This document shows, in pieces, positions 38,100 to 51,030 of a stretch of 64,000 nt of DNA. The translations under genes were made by a program, and so were the position numbers. This stretch comes from Malacoraja senta (taxonomy: Eukaryota). A model generated the notes under the pieces. The model saw only the letters and a list, made by a program, of their open reading frames with translations. It searched no databases and was not told the DNA's origin. The stretch's first letter is position 1. Each line of letters starts with the position of its first letter. Location of the stretch: positions 62,001-126,000 of the forward strand of contig JAXLNO010000356.1 of assembly GCA_038087875.1 (NCBI GenBank). The letters run 5' to 3'.

Positions 38100-38744
38100 G
38101 TATGCGGTATAAGCCAAGCACATACATATCTGGCTCACCAATAAGGTGAAGTCCGCACTGATTGAATTACGGGCTGTGAACTTTAGTTTGCAAAGGTGTC
38201 TGAATTGTTATTTGGAACAGAATAGCAAAACAGTGCAGCGCAGGAGCAGGCCATTTGGCCCACAATATCATTACTGAACAGATGCTAATTGCAGCTATTA
38301 CCATCTGCCTGAACATGTCTATATATTCCTATTCGTGTTCCTTGCGCGACTGAGGAGACTACTCCCGGCCTCTTTTGCTGTAATTAGGTACAGAATGGAA
38401 AGCTATCAACATCAGTGCTTCAAAAAATATTGTGTTTGCTGTCAATATTTTGTCTGGTTCAATGTGGCTGGTCACTTAAGTTAATGGATCTCAAACCTGA
38501 CTCAAGCTGCCAAAATGCAATTACATGACGTGGGCAACAATGTCAAGAGGAAGTGCATACTCTTAAACGTAGATTCATAAAATCCTTTTAAGATGAGAAA
38601 TAAATACCGACCATTATGCAGTTTTTGAAAAATTTATGTTCAAAAGAATGATCGTTACTCACTTCAAGAAGAATGATCCTGCACTGTGTAAGAAGGCCAA
38701 CTATGGTCTCTGCAAGGCCATCAAGGATTGCTCTCCAGCTCCAC

Positions 38745-39125
38745 CATATCTCTAAACTCCCTCTCCCCTGACTCTCAGTCTGAAGAAGGGTGTCGACCCG
38801 AAATGTCACCCATTCCTTCTCTCCAGAAATGCTGCCTGTCCCGCTGAGTTACTCCAGCATTTTGTGTCTATCTTCGGTGTAAACCAGCATCTGCAGTTTC
38901 TTCTTACACAAGTGGGAGTAGACTATTGCCCTCGTTAAGCAGCCAGTTGTACTGTGGGATAGACACAACGTTCTGGAGTAACTCAGTGCAGCAGCATCTC
39001 TGGGGAACATGGATAGCTGACATTTGGGGTGGGGATCATTCATCAGACTGATTGTGAGCGTGGTGGGTGGGGTGACAAAAGAAAGCTGGAAGAGGGGAGA
39101 GGCAGGACAAAGCGTGGCTGGTAAC
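38745..39125. repeat. Two Penelope-derived terminal repeats tail-to-tail (+ 38745-38910; - ~38958-39125)
   Basis: CTGAAGAAGGGTGTCGACCCGAAATGTC on +; diverged reverse copy follows. Confidence 0.75.
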
Positions 39126-39129
39126 TGGT

Positions 39130-40600
39130 GAATACAGAATACCATTGCAGGCTACAAGCTGAAATCGGGAATGATGCATCTCAACCAGATACGCTCAATG
39201 CGTTTTACACCCATTTTGAAAGGCAAACAAGCTACACTGGGGGCAAATGTTTCCCCTGTCTCCCATGGCTCTGTTCCATACATCTTGGTGGCAGAAGTCA
39301 GATCTGCTTTCACGAGGGTAAACTCACAGAAAGCAACTGGAGTCTCCGAACAGGTTCTGAAATTGTGTGCTAATAAACTGGTCAAGGTCTTTCCCAACAT
39401 TTTCAACCTCTTCTGCTCCCATCTCCTTCAAGGAAATTTCCATCGTTCCAGTCCCCAAGAAAAGTAAAATAACTTGCCTCAACGACGAAAGCCAAGTAGC
39501 TCTAACATCGAGCATAATGAAGTGCGCTGGAAGATTGGTACTACCCCACATTTATGCCAGACCATCTAGATCTCCAATTCACATATAGGAAAAATAAATC
39601 AGCAGAGGACGTTATCTCCATGGCACTTAGCACTACATTTAGCCCTGGATCACCTTGACAAGGGAACATTTGTGTCAGGATGTTATTAATTGACTACAAC
39701 TCAGCCTTCAACACAATAATACTGAATCAGCTTATCCCTGAACGTCTGGACCTTGGCCTTGGGACATCCATCTGCAACTGGCTTGTGGACATCCTGACCG
39801 GCAGACCACTGTTGTTGGAACTGATGATAACATTTTGTCCGCACTGACCGTGTACACTGGTGCTCCTCAGGGTTGTGTGCTCAGTTCCTCGCTCTCCTCC
39901 CTGCACCCGCATGAGTGTGTCACCAGGTACAATGTCAATTTGGTCTTTACGTTTGCCACATTGTCGGCGGATCAATAATAACAATTGGACGAAGTCCATG
40001 AAAGAGATCAAGAACCTAGAGTTATTGTGTCAAGGCAATAACTTAACCCTTATCAGCAAGATGAAAGAGTTGGTTGTCGACCGAAGGGGTTGTGCACAAC
40101 TCTATCCTCATCAGCTGCCGAGGAGATGGTCGGCAGCTTCAAGTGCCTGGGCATTTCTATCACCAGCAACTAACCTGGTCCCTACACTCTGATGTGTTGA
40201 TCGAGAAGGTGTATCTGCGTATTTATTTTCTTGGGCATCTGAGAGGATTTGGCATGTTCACAAGGATTTTTTCAGATGCGCTGCAGAAATAATTCTGACA
40301 GGATGCATCTCTGCCTGGTATGGCAGCTGCTCTGTCCTTGGCTGCCTGAACCTGCAGAGAGTGGTGAACACAGCCCAGTCCATCACAGGCTCATAATTTC
40401 CTTCCATCCAGTCCATCTTCATGGTGTGTTGCATCAGGAAGGTTGGAAATATCACCAAGGATGCCTGTCACCCTGGCCATTCAGTTTCCTCTCTCCTACC
40501 TTGTGAAAGAAGATACAGGAGTTTGAAACTTTGGATGTCCACACTTAACAACGTTTTCTTCTCCACTGCAATCTGACTTCTGAACCAATCACCTCTTTCA
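39130..40600 (+). mobile_element. Old Rex1/Babar-type LINE RT remnant
   Basis: 'KVFPNIFNL', 'IVPVPKKSKITCLND..VALTSSIMKC', GAPQGCVLS-coding DNA near 39860. Confidence 0.85.
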
Positions 40601-40627
40601 CATGGAAGTCCTGTTTCCTACTCTTAA

Positions 40628-41163
40628 AGCCCCTGTCCCACTTTCACGACCTAATTGGCGACCTCTGCTGAGTTTGCCCTTGACATACTCGCAGCATGGT
40701 CGCCACGAGGTTGTAGGAGGTCTTCGTAACTCTTCCTCATGCTCGTGAGTGGTCTCCGCGTACTCGTGGCCTCAAGTAGGTCGCGACGTTTTTTCCAGCC
40801 CGATAAAAAATGTCCACGAGTAAAAAAAAGGGCGGCATGGAAAAAATTGATGCTTTTTACTCGTAGGTAGGTCGAAGTAGGTCGTGATGGTAGTCATGGG
40901 CAGCCGTAGGTAGTCGTAGGTCGGTAACTGGCCCGAGAAAAAACAAACAAACATGACATCATTTTATCACGTGATCATTTCCACTCGTAGCGTCATAGTT
41001 GGTCTTAGGTGTGGAAGACTGAGTTCGAGGGGGGTCATAGGAGATCGTAGACATAGTCATAGGAGGTCGTAGTTCTGCGAGTCAACACGACCTTGACATT
41101 TTTTTCAACTCGTCTAGGGTCTTCTAAACTCGTGGATTAGGTCATCCAAGTGGGACAGGCCCT
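40628..41163. mobile_element. PIF/Harbinger-type MITE (group C)
   Basis: TAA-AGCCCCTGTCCCAC ... GTGGGACAGGCCCT-TAA; many GGTCGTA subrepeats. Confidence 0.9.
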
Positions 41164-41317
41164 TAACTCTACTTCATTCAGTTATTCATTATTGTGCTTT
41201 AATATTTTTTGCACTAATCGAGTTTTGCACCAAAATCTTGCACCATTTTGCTGCTTTCCACTTCTATTTATTGCTATATTTATCGTTACTCTATGTACGC
41301 TGTTTATGTACACTTTG

Positions 41318-41503
41318 ACTTAGGCGATTTTTTACGGCGCCAACAGGCGACTGCCGCAAAATTTTCAACATGTTGACAATTTTGTTGCCGACAGTGGTGA
41401 CAATTTTTGCTGTCGCAGGTGCTGTCGTACATTGTCGCCAGGTGTTGTAGGTGGAATCCATTAAAACTAGTCCCTGAAGAGTCGCCTAAGTGGGACAGGC
41501 CCA
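41318..41503. mobile_element. PIF/Harbinger-type MITE (group B), outer left TIR missing
   Basis: ACTTAGGCGA ... TCGCCTAAGTGGGACAGGCCCA-TTA. Confidence 0.8.
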
Positions 41504-41711
41504 TTACTCTGTGAACTTCATTGAACAAGGTTTTTCCATTGAAGCCTTGTGTGCATTACAATAAATTAATCTGAACAATTCAACAACCTTCATGGAAAGG
41601 CAAAACTATGATAAATAAGCCATGCTGCATACAGCAGTTGGTTGACGATTATTTCAAGCAAAATAACACTGGCAGCACCCTGCATTGTAGCAAATTATAC
41701 CAAATAACATG

Positions 41712-42788
41712 CTGTGGCACAGTGACACAGCGGTAGAGCTACTGCCTTACAGCACCAGAGACCTGGGTTTGATCCTGACTACAGGTACTGTCTGTGCGGA
41801 GTTTGTACATTCTCCCTGTGGTTTTTCTCCGGCTGCTCCGGTTTCCTCTCACATTCCGAAGACGTGCAGTTTTGTCGGTTAATTTGGCTTCATAAGTTAC
41901 AGGAGCAGAATTAGGCCATTCATCCCATCGAGTTTACTCCGCCATTCACTCATTGCTGATCTATCTTACCCTTTCAACCCTATTCTCGTGCCTTCTCTCC
42001 GTAACCTTTGACACCCTTACTAATCAAGAATCTGTCAATCTTCGCTTTAAAAATACCCAATGACTTGGCCTCCACAGCCATCTGTGGCAATGAATTCCAT
42101 AGATTCACCACCCTCTGGCTAAATAAATTCCTCCTCATCTCCTTGCTAAAGATAAGTCCTTTTATTCTAAGGTTGTGCCCTCTGGTCTGAGACTCTCCCA
42201 TTAATGGAAACATCCTTTCCACATCCACTCGATCCGGGTCTTTCACTATTTGCTAAGTTTTAATGAAATTTCCCCTCATCCTTCTAAACTCCAGCGAGTA
42301 CAGGCCCCCGAGCTGTCAAACACTCATCATACATTAACCAATCATCCCTGGATTCATTCTTGTAAACTTACTCTGGACCCTCTCCAACTGCAGCACATCC
42401 CTCCTCTGACATGGAGCCCAAAGTTGCTTAAGGGCCTGTCCCACTTTCACGACCTAATTCACGACCTTTTTTACTTGTGGACATTTTTCATCATAGAAAA
42501 ACGTCCTGACCTACTTGATGCCACGAGTACCTACGACTAGCATCACGGCCTGCTACGACCTACCTACGACCTCCTACGACCTCGTGACGATCATGCTGCG
42601 AGTATGAGTCAAGGGCAAACTCGGCAGAGGTCGTGAATTAGGTCGTGAAAGTGGGACAGCCCCTTTACTATAAATTGACCCTGGTGTGTAGTGGGATAAC
42701 ATGGAACTAGTGTGCGGGTGATCACTGGTCAGCATGGACTTGGTGGGCAAAGGGCCGGTTTCCACCTTGTAGCTTAAAAAAACTAAAA
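41712..42788 (+). mobile_element. V-SINE split by a minus-strand CR1 3' fragment (~41891-42427) and a MITE
   Basis: SINE head and V-domain 41712-41890; SINE tail resumes ~42668 (TAAATTGACCCTGGTGTGTAG..GGGCCGGTTTCC). Confidence 0.8.
42431..42664. mobile_element. PIF/Harbinger-type MITE (group C, short)
   Basis: TTA-AGGGCCTGTCCCACTTTCACGACCTAATTCACGACC ... GGTCGTGAATTAGGTCGTGAAAGTGGGACAGCCCCT-TTA. Confidence 0.9.
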
Positions 42789-43903
42789 TATGGTAAAATA
42801 ATATTCACGATCCAACTGTGGAGCAGGAGAAAAGACTGAGCCAAAATGATTGAACCATGAGGGTACAGAATGCGGTAATGTTAAATTATGAATAACTTAT
42901 ACAAAAGGACATTACTGGCCTCTGGGAATGCTGACTGATATCGTTCATCTTGGTGCAGGACTTTTTATGTAGACTTCTTTCCTTCCTTGAATGATGCAGG
43001 ATTTCCTTCTATTAAAGTGGATAAAACAATAATTTTTATTAGCATCTTAAAGAATAGAATGTTAGAGGGGTATAGACCAAGAGAGGCATTTTCAGATCTT
43101 AAAATCTTAGTAGCTGAAGCATCAGCCAACAAAGGTCGAAGGATAAAATGTGATGGTTGTTTAAATGAGAGAATTTAAGGAACATAGTTCAGAGAGTTTC
43201 AGTTGGAGTTTCAATGGAAAGAAAGGAGCAGATTGTGAAGCAAATTGAATGGAGAGATGAAAAATTTAAGGCAAGCCTTTAGTTAACTTGCAGCTAATAA
43301 AGGTAACAGGCACAGGTGTAATGAGTGAGCAGGAGTAGATGTAAGTTAGGTCATAGACCCAAATTCATGGCCAGCCAGCCAGCCCTTGAGAAAACGTGCT
43401 GAGCTGCCTTTTGGAGGCTACAGTTATTCTGCTGAAGGTCCACTCACAATGCTGTTGGGCAAGGAGTTTCAGTATTTAGACTAACAACAAAGAACCATGA
43501 TATATTTCCAAATCTGAATGGTGTGTGATTTGTAGTGGAACCAGTAGATGGTGGTGTTTCCATGCTCCTACTGCCATTGCATCTTCATGGTCATAGACTT
43601 GGAGTTTGGAAGGTGTTGGTTCGTAATTGTAGTGCATTTTGTAAATGGTTTACACCTCTGCCACTGAGTAGTGGTTGTTGAGTGAATAAATGTTTAGCAT
43701 GGAGGATGGAATACCAATTGCTTTGTCCTGGATGATGTTGAACTTCTCCAAGATGTTTGGAGCTGTATTAATTCAGAAGTGTCGAGAATATTCCTTCACT
43801 TGTAGATGAAGGAAAGGTTTGGGTTTCAGGAGAATATTTGAGGGTTGGAGGTAACAAAGCTGTAGAAATGGGTTGAGGTAGAGGGCAGAGATGGACAGTG
43901 TTA

Positions 43904-44021
43904 GAAAGGCTCAAATAGATGGTCTAGTGGTGGTAGTATATGTGAAAGGCTCAGATGGTCTAGTGGTGGTAGTATATGTGAAAGACTCAAATAGATGGTC
44001 TAGTGGTGGTAGTATATGTGA
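43904..44021. repeat. Minisatellite, three copies of a ~40-bp unit
   Basis: GAAAGGCTCAAATAGATGGTCTAGTGGTGGTAGTATATGT; middle copy 5 bp shorter. Confidence 0.9.
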
Positions 44022-44424
44022 CGTGAAGCTTATCTTGGGATAAAATATAATACAAAGGCTACAAATAGTTTATTTCAGACATTTGCCAAAGGAAGGATGG
44101 ACTCGACGGCCTGGGAAACACGATAGCAAGCGATTAGTTTCATTTCCTTCTCCTTTCATGGTGTAAACTTGCTTCAGTATCATTGGTACAGTGATTCAAA
44201 AATGAGGAATGTAAATCTTATGATCTCATTCTCAATTGAGAATTTAATTAACCTTTTACATAAATGCTGATGTTGTGAGACCCGAAACACCCGATGACAC
44301 CAGGTCACATCACTGACGATGTGTCCCAGCGCATCTAGAAGATGTATATTTCACACTAATCTTTTGTTATATTAGCATAATGAGATATGACGGTCCTCTG
44401 TTCACTATTTTCAGTGTAAATGTC

Positions 44425-45902
44425 GCCACAGAAGGCTGTGGAGGCCAAGTCAATGGATGTTTTTAAGGCAGAGATAGATAGATTCTTGATTAGCAAGGGT
44501 GTCAGGGGTTGTGGGGAGAAGGCAGGAAATGGGGTTGAGAGGAGAAGATAGATCAGCTATGATTGAATGGTGGAGTAGACTTGTTGGGCCGAATGGCCTA
44601 ATTCTGATACTATCACTTATGGACTTGTGTCGGCATGACATAAATCTCAACATAGAACTGCTGTATTAAACTGGAGCTTTAGACCTCATACCTGAGCTGA
44701 AGTATTGAGGATCCATAAATTGGTATCCCTGCCATTAAACATCAATTTCTCAAAGGTTTAAATAATATATATTCACGACAATCCTTGCTATTAAGGGAGT
44801 GCAGCGTCGGTTCACGTGGTTAATTCCCGGGATGGCGGGACTGTCATATGTTGAAAGAATGGAGGGGACTAGGCTTGTATGCACTGGAATTTAGAAGGTT
44901 TAGAGGGGATCTTATTGAAGCATATAAGATTATTCAGGGATTGGACACGTTAGAGGCAGGAAACATGTTCCCAATGTTGGGGGAGTCCAGAACCAGGGAC
45001 CACAGTTTAAGAATAAGGGGTTGACCATTTAGAGCGGAGATGAGGAAAAATGTTTTCACCCAGAGAGTTGTGAATCTGTGGAATTCTCTGCCTCTGAAGG
45101 CAGTGGAGGCCGATTTTCTGGATGCTTTCAAGAGAGTTAGATAGAGCTCTTAAAGATAGCGTAGTCAAGGGATATGGTGAGAAGGCAGGAACAGGATACT
45201 GATTGTGGATGATCAGCCATGATCACAGTGAATGGCGGTGCTGGCTCGAAGGGCCGAATGGCATACTCCTGCACCTATTGTCTATTGTCTATTGACAACC
45301 CAGTCATTTAAGTCCACAGTTATTGAAACAAGCTTGTTTTTCAGATGTACTTTAATTTAAACCACCCAGTTCCGTGGTGAGTGACACTCTTTGTCTCCAG
45401 ATTAGTGGTCCAGATCTGGATGCTAATCCAGTAATTTAACGACAATGCCCTTGTACCTCATTGTTCAATATCACAAACAACATATAGAAGTACGCGTTGG
45501 AGCGTTTGAAGGCTCTGGACTTGTACTTGCAGGAGTTTAGAAGGATGAGCGGGCATCTCATTGAAACCTACTGAATAATGAAAGGCCCGGAGTGTTTGTG
45601 GATAGGATATTTCCAGTAGTGTGAGAGTCTAGGATAAGAGGACACAGCCTTAAAATAAAAAGAATGGAGTGAGGACGAATTTCTTTAATCATGGGGTGGT
45701 GAATCTGTGGAGTTTATTGCCACAGATGGCAGTGGAAGCCAAGCCATTGGGTGTTTTTAAAGCGGATTTGCTCTTGATTAGTAAGTGCATCAAAGGTTAC
45801 AAGGAGAAGGCAGGAGAATAGGGTTGAAAGGGTAAAAAAGATCAGCCACGGTCGAATGATGGAGCAGACTCAAAGGTCAAAATGGCCTAATTCTGCTCCT
45901 AG
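44425..45902 (+). mobile_element. Three separate CR1 3' fragments (~44425-44620, ~44780-45293, ~45500-45902)
   Basis: Each carries the CR1 ORF2 end and 3' UTR; the middle one has a (TCTATTG)n tail. Confidence 0.8.
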
Positions 45903-46237
45903 TCCCCTGGTCTTTTTTTCCTTCTGCATTTTTAATTTAGAATAGGTGTTTGTCACATATGTCTGTAGGACAGTTGGCTGGTGGTCTTTGTAAAAACAAT
46001 TAAAAAACCTAATGCTAATGTTTTTTTTTCATTTGCGTTTCTGTATTCCTCAAGCTCACTTTCTTGTTTTTGCATCATTTTCTATTCAATTTTATTGAAA
46101 TGCTGAATTCTCTTTCAGGCAATATAGTTTACCTTTGTAGCCACGTGCTGAAACTTCCGACAGTATTTAGAGATAATTAGTTTTTGCTTCTTCGTTACCA
46201 GCTTGTTAATCATTGAGACAGTCTACCACTTTCTCAA

Positions 46238-46661
46238 GCGGTCGTTTCGCCGAACACCTCCAGTAACAATAACCAACCTGACCTCCCGGTGGCTCAGCAC
46301 TTCAACTCCCCCTCCCATTCCGTATCTGACCTCTCTGTCCTGCGTCTCCTCCATGGCCACAGCGAGCAACACCGGAAATTGGAGGAAATGCACCTCATAT
46401 TCCGCTTGGGCAGTCTACATCCTGGGGGCTTGAACATTGAATTCTCCCAATTCTGCTAGCCCTTGCTGTCCCCTCCCCTTCATCAGCCCTCTGGTTGTCT
46501 CCTCCCCTCCCCCAGCCCTCGGGCTCATCCTCCGCCTTTTTTCCTTTCTTCTCCCCACCCCCTATCAGTATGAAGAAGGGTTTCGGCCCGAAACGTTGCC
46601 TATTTCCTTCGCTCCATAGATGCTGCTGCACCCGCTGAGTTTCTCCAGCATTTTTGTGTAC
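46238..46661 (+). mobile_element. Penelope-like element 3' part (GIY-YIG end + terminal repeat) with 15-bp TSD
   Basis: CTACCACTTTCTCAA at 46223-46237 and 46662-46676; encodes RFAEHL and VAQHFNS-like peptides. Confidence 0.9.
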
Positions 46662-48070
46662 CTACCACTTTCTCAATATCTTTTGTAATTTTGAATCTTG
46701 GATAGTATTTTTAATGTTTGTGAAAGATGCCCCCTTTTTTTCCAAGCTTTCTTTCAGAATATTATCCCTCCATTCCTGGTATAATGTACTTCAATCTTTT
46801 CAATATTTCATCCAATGACTTTGATATCCTTTTTATCTTCAAACTGTGTACAGTATTCGAACTGCGATCTAACAAATGCGTGCTATTAAATCAACCTCAC
46901 TTGTTTTTATGTTTTATGTGTCCATGTTTCTGCCATTTTAAACTAACTTGCCTTTTAAAGATCTCAATGTAGGTGAATTTTTTATCTCTTTATTTCACCC
47001 TTTAAAGAAATTCCTATTTCGATGATATAACATTCACCTGTTCTGCCCAAATTTACTGAATATTTCAGTATTTTTCATCTATTATCCAATTTCATTGTTC
47101 TATCTTTCCCTCTCTGCATTCTTTGTCACTATTCACTATACTTCTTAATTTGGTATCATCTTAAATCAACAATAAATCTTTGACCTGATGAAATCAGATA
47201 CTTTTTATTGTAAAATAGAAAATGGAAGGTAAGTGTACAACATCATAGAAACATAGAAACATAGAAAATAGGTGCAGGAGTAGGCCATTCGGCCCTTCGA
47301 GCCTGCACCGCCATTCAATATGATCATGGCTGATCATCCATCGTGATATAATTGCTTTTACTGGTACATATCGTTAATCTCATACCTGCCATTTAATTTA
47401 TCGTATGTTTACCATAAACAGTCTTCTTAAATCAGAGGTAGTCTTCAGTGAATGTTCATGGCCGTTTTGCGAAAACTACTTCAATTACCAGAAAGGAAAA
47501 AATATGTCTTTGAAATTTCATGTCTAACATTTCAAATAATCTGGTTTACGTTGGTTTGGGAATAATTGTATTATATAATTTTATACCTCTAAACTTTAAG
47601 TGATATTTTTCTAATTCAAAATATGTTAAAGAATTGATCTGTCTTTTAAAGAAGTTAAATAATAAAATGATAATCAGTGAATCCTGATTAGGTGTTTGAT
47701 ATGGAGGATTATTTAATAAATAATATAATCAATAAATTATTTTGGCTGTTACCTTTTTGAATAATTAGAGAATTTATCAGGGAAAGTTTTAATTGTATGT
47801 GATCAAGATTGTTCATGTAGGATACACTTACTATATAATGTCAATGATAAAGGAAGTTGGTCCATATATTCTGAATGGTTCAGATAATAGATTTGTATTA
47901 AAAAAAAAAAAAAAACGTTGGAAGAACTCAGGATGGAAAGGGAAGAGGGAAGGTTGTCAGAATACAGTGGTATGAGATGTTGGTGGGGTGGGGAGGGGTG
48001 ATGTGGTGCTGGTGGTATGGTGGAAGATAGACACAAAAGGCTGGAGTAACTCAGCGGGACAGAAGAAATG

Positions 48071-48105
48071 GGTGACGTTTCGGGTCGAGACCCTTCTTCA
48101 GACTG
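48071..48105 (-). ncRNA. Minimal hammerhead-ribozyme-like motif in a Penelope terminal repeat (representative intact copy)
   Basis: Minus strand reads CUGAAGA-A-GGGU(CUCG)ACCC-GAAA-CG-UC; minimal hammerheads in PLE terminal repeats are established; activity untested. Confidence 0.6.
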
Positions 48106-48689
48106 ATGTCCTAACCAGAGATGGGACCTTGGTGTTCTTGCTGCACACGTTTCCTTTCTCCTCCAGCAACATTGCTGAACCAAAGTTGTCATTTTAATGG
48201 TGAATTTATTTAAGATACTCTCTAAACACATATGAAAATATTAGTCGGTTCATTAAGGTAAAAATATACTTTTTACTTAATGGGATATTTTCAGCACTGT
48301 CAAAGAAACTTTGGAATTTTTATTCCAAATGTGGTTTCGTGCCAATGTTTAAAATGACTTCCTTTTCTCTTTGTTTCCTATCAATGATTTGATTTTGAAT
48401 TAACTATTATATCTTCATGGTTCAGACTGCGTGATTCAGTAAGGATTTTTCAATCAGAGCATTTAAGGAGTTCCGCATGTGTCCAACAGAGGGCACTGCA
48501 ATTAATTAGCACATTCAGATGCAGAAGGTCTGGTCACAATCTTGCAGCATGTCAAAATGTAATGCACGGCCAGGCCAGGCCAGGTCCATTTGTTCATAGG
48601 CTGCAGACCTCAGGCCAATATCATTTGATTCATTTTGTTCTGCTTGGTAAACATGGTTCCCAAAGCTATCTTTGTGCGAGATGCTGGAC

Positions 48690-48982
48690 ATGAGTCCCAC
48701 TGCAAATTGGAGGAGCAGCACCTCATATTTCGCTTGGGTAGTTTACACCCCAGCGGTATGAACATTGACTTCTCCAATTTCAGGTCGTCCTTGCTTTCTC
48801 CCTCTTTCCCCTCCCTTTCCCAGCTCTCCCACAGCCCACTGTCTCCGCCTCTTACTTTCTTCTTCCCGCCCCCCATCCCCTCATCAATCTGAAGAAGGGT
48901 CTCGACCCGAAATGTCACCCATTCCTTCGCTCCATAGATGCTGCCTCACCCGCTGAGTTTCTCCTGCATTTTTGTCTACCTT
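48690..48982 (+). mobile_element. Penelope-like element 3' end
   Basis: 'CKLEEQHLIFRLGSLHPSGMNIDFSNF' followed by the terminal repeat. Confidence 0.85.
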
Positions 48983-49098
48983 AGATGCAATATGTGTATT
49001 ATAAGAGATGAAACAAACTGCTTTCTCATACATTCTGTGACATATGGCAGAATGCTTCATCACCAGATCTTTCATGCAGGCGTTAAGAGCTTTTTTAA

Positions 49099-49752
49099 AG
49101 TTTAGTTTGGAGATACAGCATGGAAACAGGCCCTTCGGCCCACTGAGTGAGCACCGACCAGCGATCCCCACACATTAACACTATCCTACGCTAGGGACAA
49201 TTTTTGCATTTATACCAAGCCAATTAACCTACAAATCTGTTCGTCATTGGGGTATGGGAGGAAACTGGATGTCCCGGTGAAACCCCATGCGGTCATGGGG
49301 AGAACGTACAAACTCCGTCCAGACAGCGCCTGTAGTCAGGAATGATTTCCTGGGTCTCTGGCGCTGTAATGCGATGTAAAGGGCCTGTCCCACTGTACAA
49401 GGTAATTCAAGAGTTCTCCCGAGTTATCCCCTGATTCGAGCTCGTGTAATGTACATAGCGGATACGTAGGGGCTCGTACGAGTAAAAAGTAAAAGAAAAT
49501 GTCATCACGATTATATTTTTACTCGTGGACATTTTTCACAGTGTTGAAAAAACGTCACGAGTTTACCGGATTTCCCGAGTACCTACCGTTATTCGTTCGA
49601 GCCGCTACGTGACATCCACGAGCTCCTACGTACTCGCTATGTACATTACACGAGTTCGAATCAGGGGAGAACTCGGGAGGACTCTTGAATTACCTCGTCC
49701 AGTGGGACAGGCCCTTAAGACAGCAACTCTACTGCTGCGCCACCGTGCCACC
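49099..49752 (-). mobile_element. V-SINE split by a MITE
   Basis: SINE continues after the MITE as GACAGCAACTCTACTGCTGCGCCACCGTGCC. Confidence 0.85.
49380..49715. mobile_element. PIF/Harbinger-type MITE (group A)
   Basis: TAA-AGGGCCTGTCCCACTG ... CAGTGGGACAGGCCCT-TAA. Confidence 0.9.
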
Positions 49753-50261
49753 CTTAAAAAAAGTCGCCTTAAAACAAACAGAAGATGCTGGAAATTGTCA
49801 GACAGGATCTGTGGAAAGAGAAACAGTTAATGTTGCTGTCTGAGAACCCCACTGGTTTGTGCCCTTTTGTCAGACTCTTCATGAGTCTCAATGCCACCGA
49901 GCAATAACCCTCGAGGTGACTGTGGTGTTGATGAGATTGTCAGCTGCTGCTGGAATGTGTGATTGATAAGAAGGTCTGGAGAGAGATGCAGTAGTTCATC
50001 TGGAAAAGTAGCACCATGCAGGACTCCGTGCGCCACAGACTGTTTGTTCCTCGGGACACACTGAGACAATTCAATCAAATACTTGATATTTATCAATTCA
50101 GTGCAAGATCTGCCTGAAATCTCAGTTCAAAGTCTCATCTGCTTGAAATCTCTTAGTTTTCAGTGCATGGATCTGTCATGAAGTTGCACAGCATGGAAAC
50201 AAGTTCTTTAGCCCAGCATGTCTATGCTCACGATCCAGTACCTATCGGAATTGATCTCCTT

Positions 50262-50736
50262 TAGAAACATAGAAACAGAAAATAGATGCCAGCACCGCTA
50301 TTCAATATGATCATGGCTGATCATCCAAAATCAGTACTCCATTCCTGCTTTTTCCCTATATCCCATGATTCCTTTAGCCGCAAGAGTTGAATTTAACTCT
50401 CTCTTGAAAACAACCAGTGAATTGGCCTCCCGTGGCAGAGAATTCCACAGATTCACAACTCTCTGGGTGAAAAGGTTTTTCCTCATCTCAGTTATAAATG
50501 GCTTACCCCATATTTTTAAACTGTGACCCCTGGATCTGGACTCCCCCAACATGGGGAACATTTTTCCTGCATCTAGCCTGTCCAATCCCTTAAACATTTT
50601 ATGTTTCTATAAGATCCCCTCTCTTCCTTCTAAATTTCAGTGAATATAAGCCCAGTTGACCCATTCTTTCATCATATGTCAGTCCCGCCATTCCAGGAAC
50701 TAACCTGGCGAACCTGCACTGCATTCCCTCCATAGC
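50262..50736 (-). mobile_element. CR1 3' fragment
   Basis: 'KGLDRLDAGKMFPMLGESRSRGHSL..QRVVNLWNSLP'. Confidence 0.85.
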
Positions 50737-50859
50737 ATTTGCCGGCATTTGTCTGTAGCCTTCTGTGGCTTTGTGACTCAAGTGCTTGTTCAGGACCTGC
50801 CTCCACCATCTTTTCTGGCTGCGTGTTTCCTGTTCATGACTGAACGTTGCTGAAATTAA

Positions 50860-51030
50860 TTTTTTTCAAAAGTAAACTTTATTCAGGATAAAAATACATA
50901 CAATGCAATAAATTGTGCAAGAACTCTTCATGCATTCTCAGTGTCCATGCACTCAATAGGGTCGTACTCAGCCGTGTTTGCACCTATCGAAACAAAACAT
51001 TCTTTCTCACTCATGTGGCCCGCCCCCTGG
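50860..51030 (-). mobile_element. Possible poly(A)-tailed L1/Tx1-type 3' remnant
   Basis: Minus strand reads GAATAAAGTTTACTTTTGAAAAAAAA; family assignment is inference only. Confidence 0.3.

Noticed and set aside
43904..44021. CRISPR-like periodicity
   Set aside because: Contiguous tandem copies without unique spacers, no cas genes, vertebrate context
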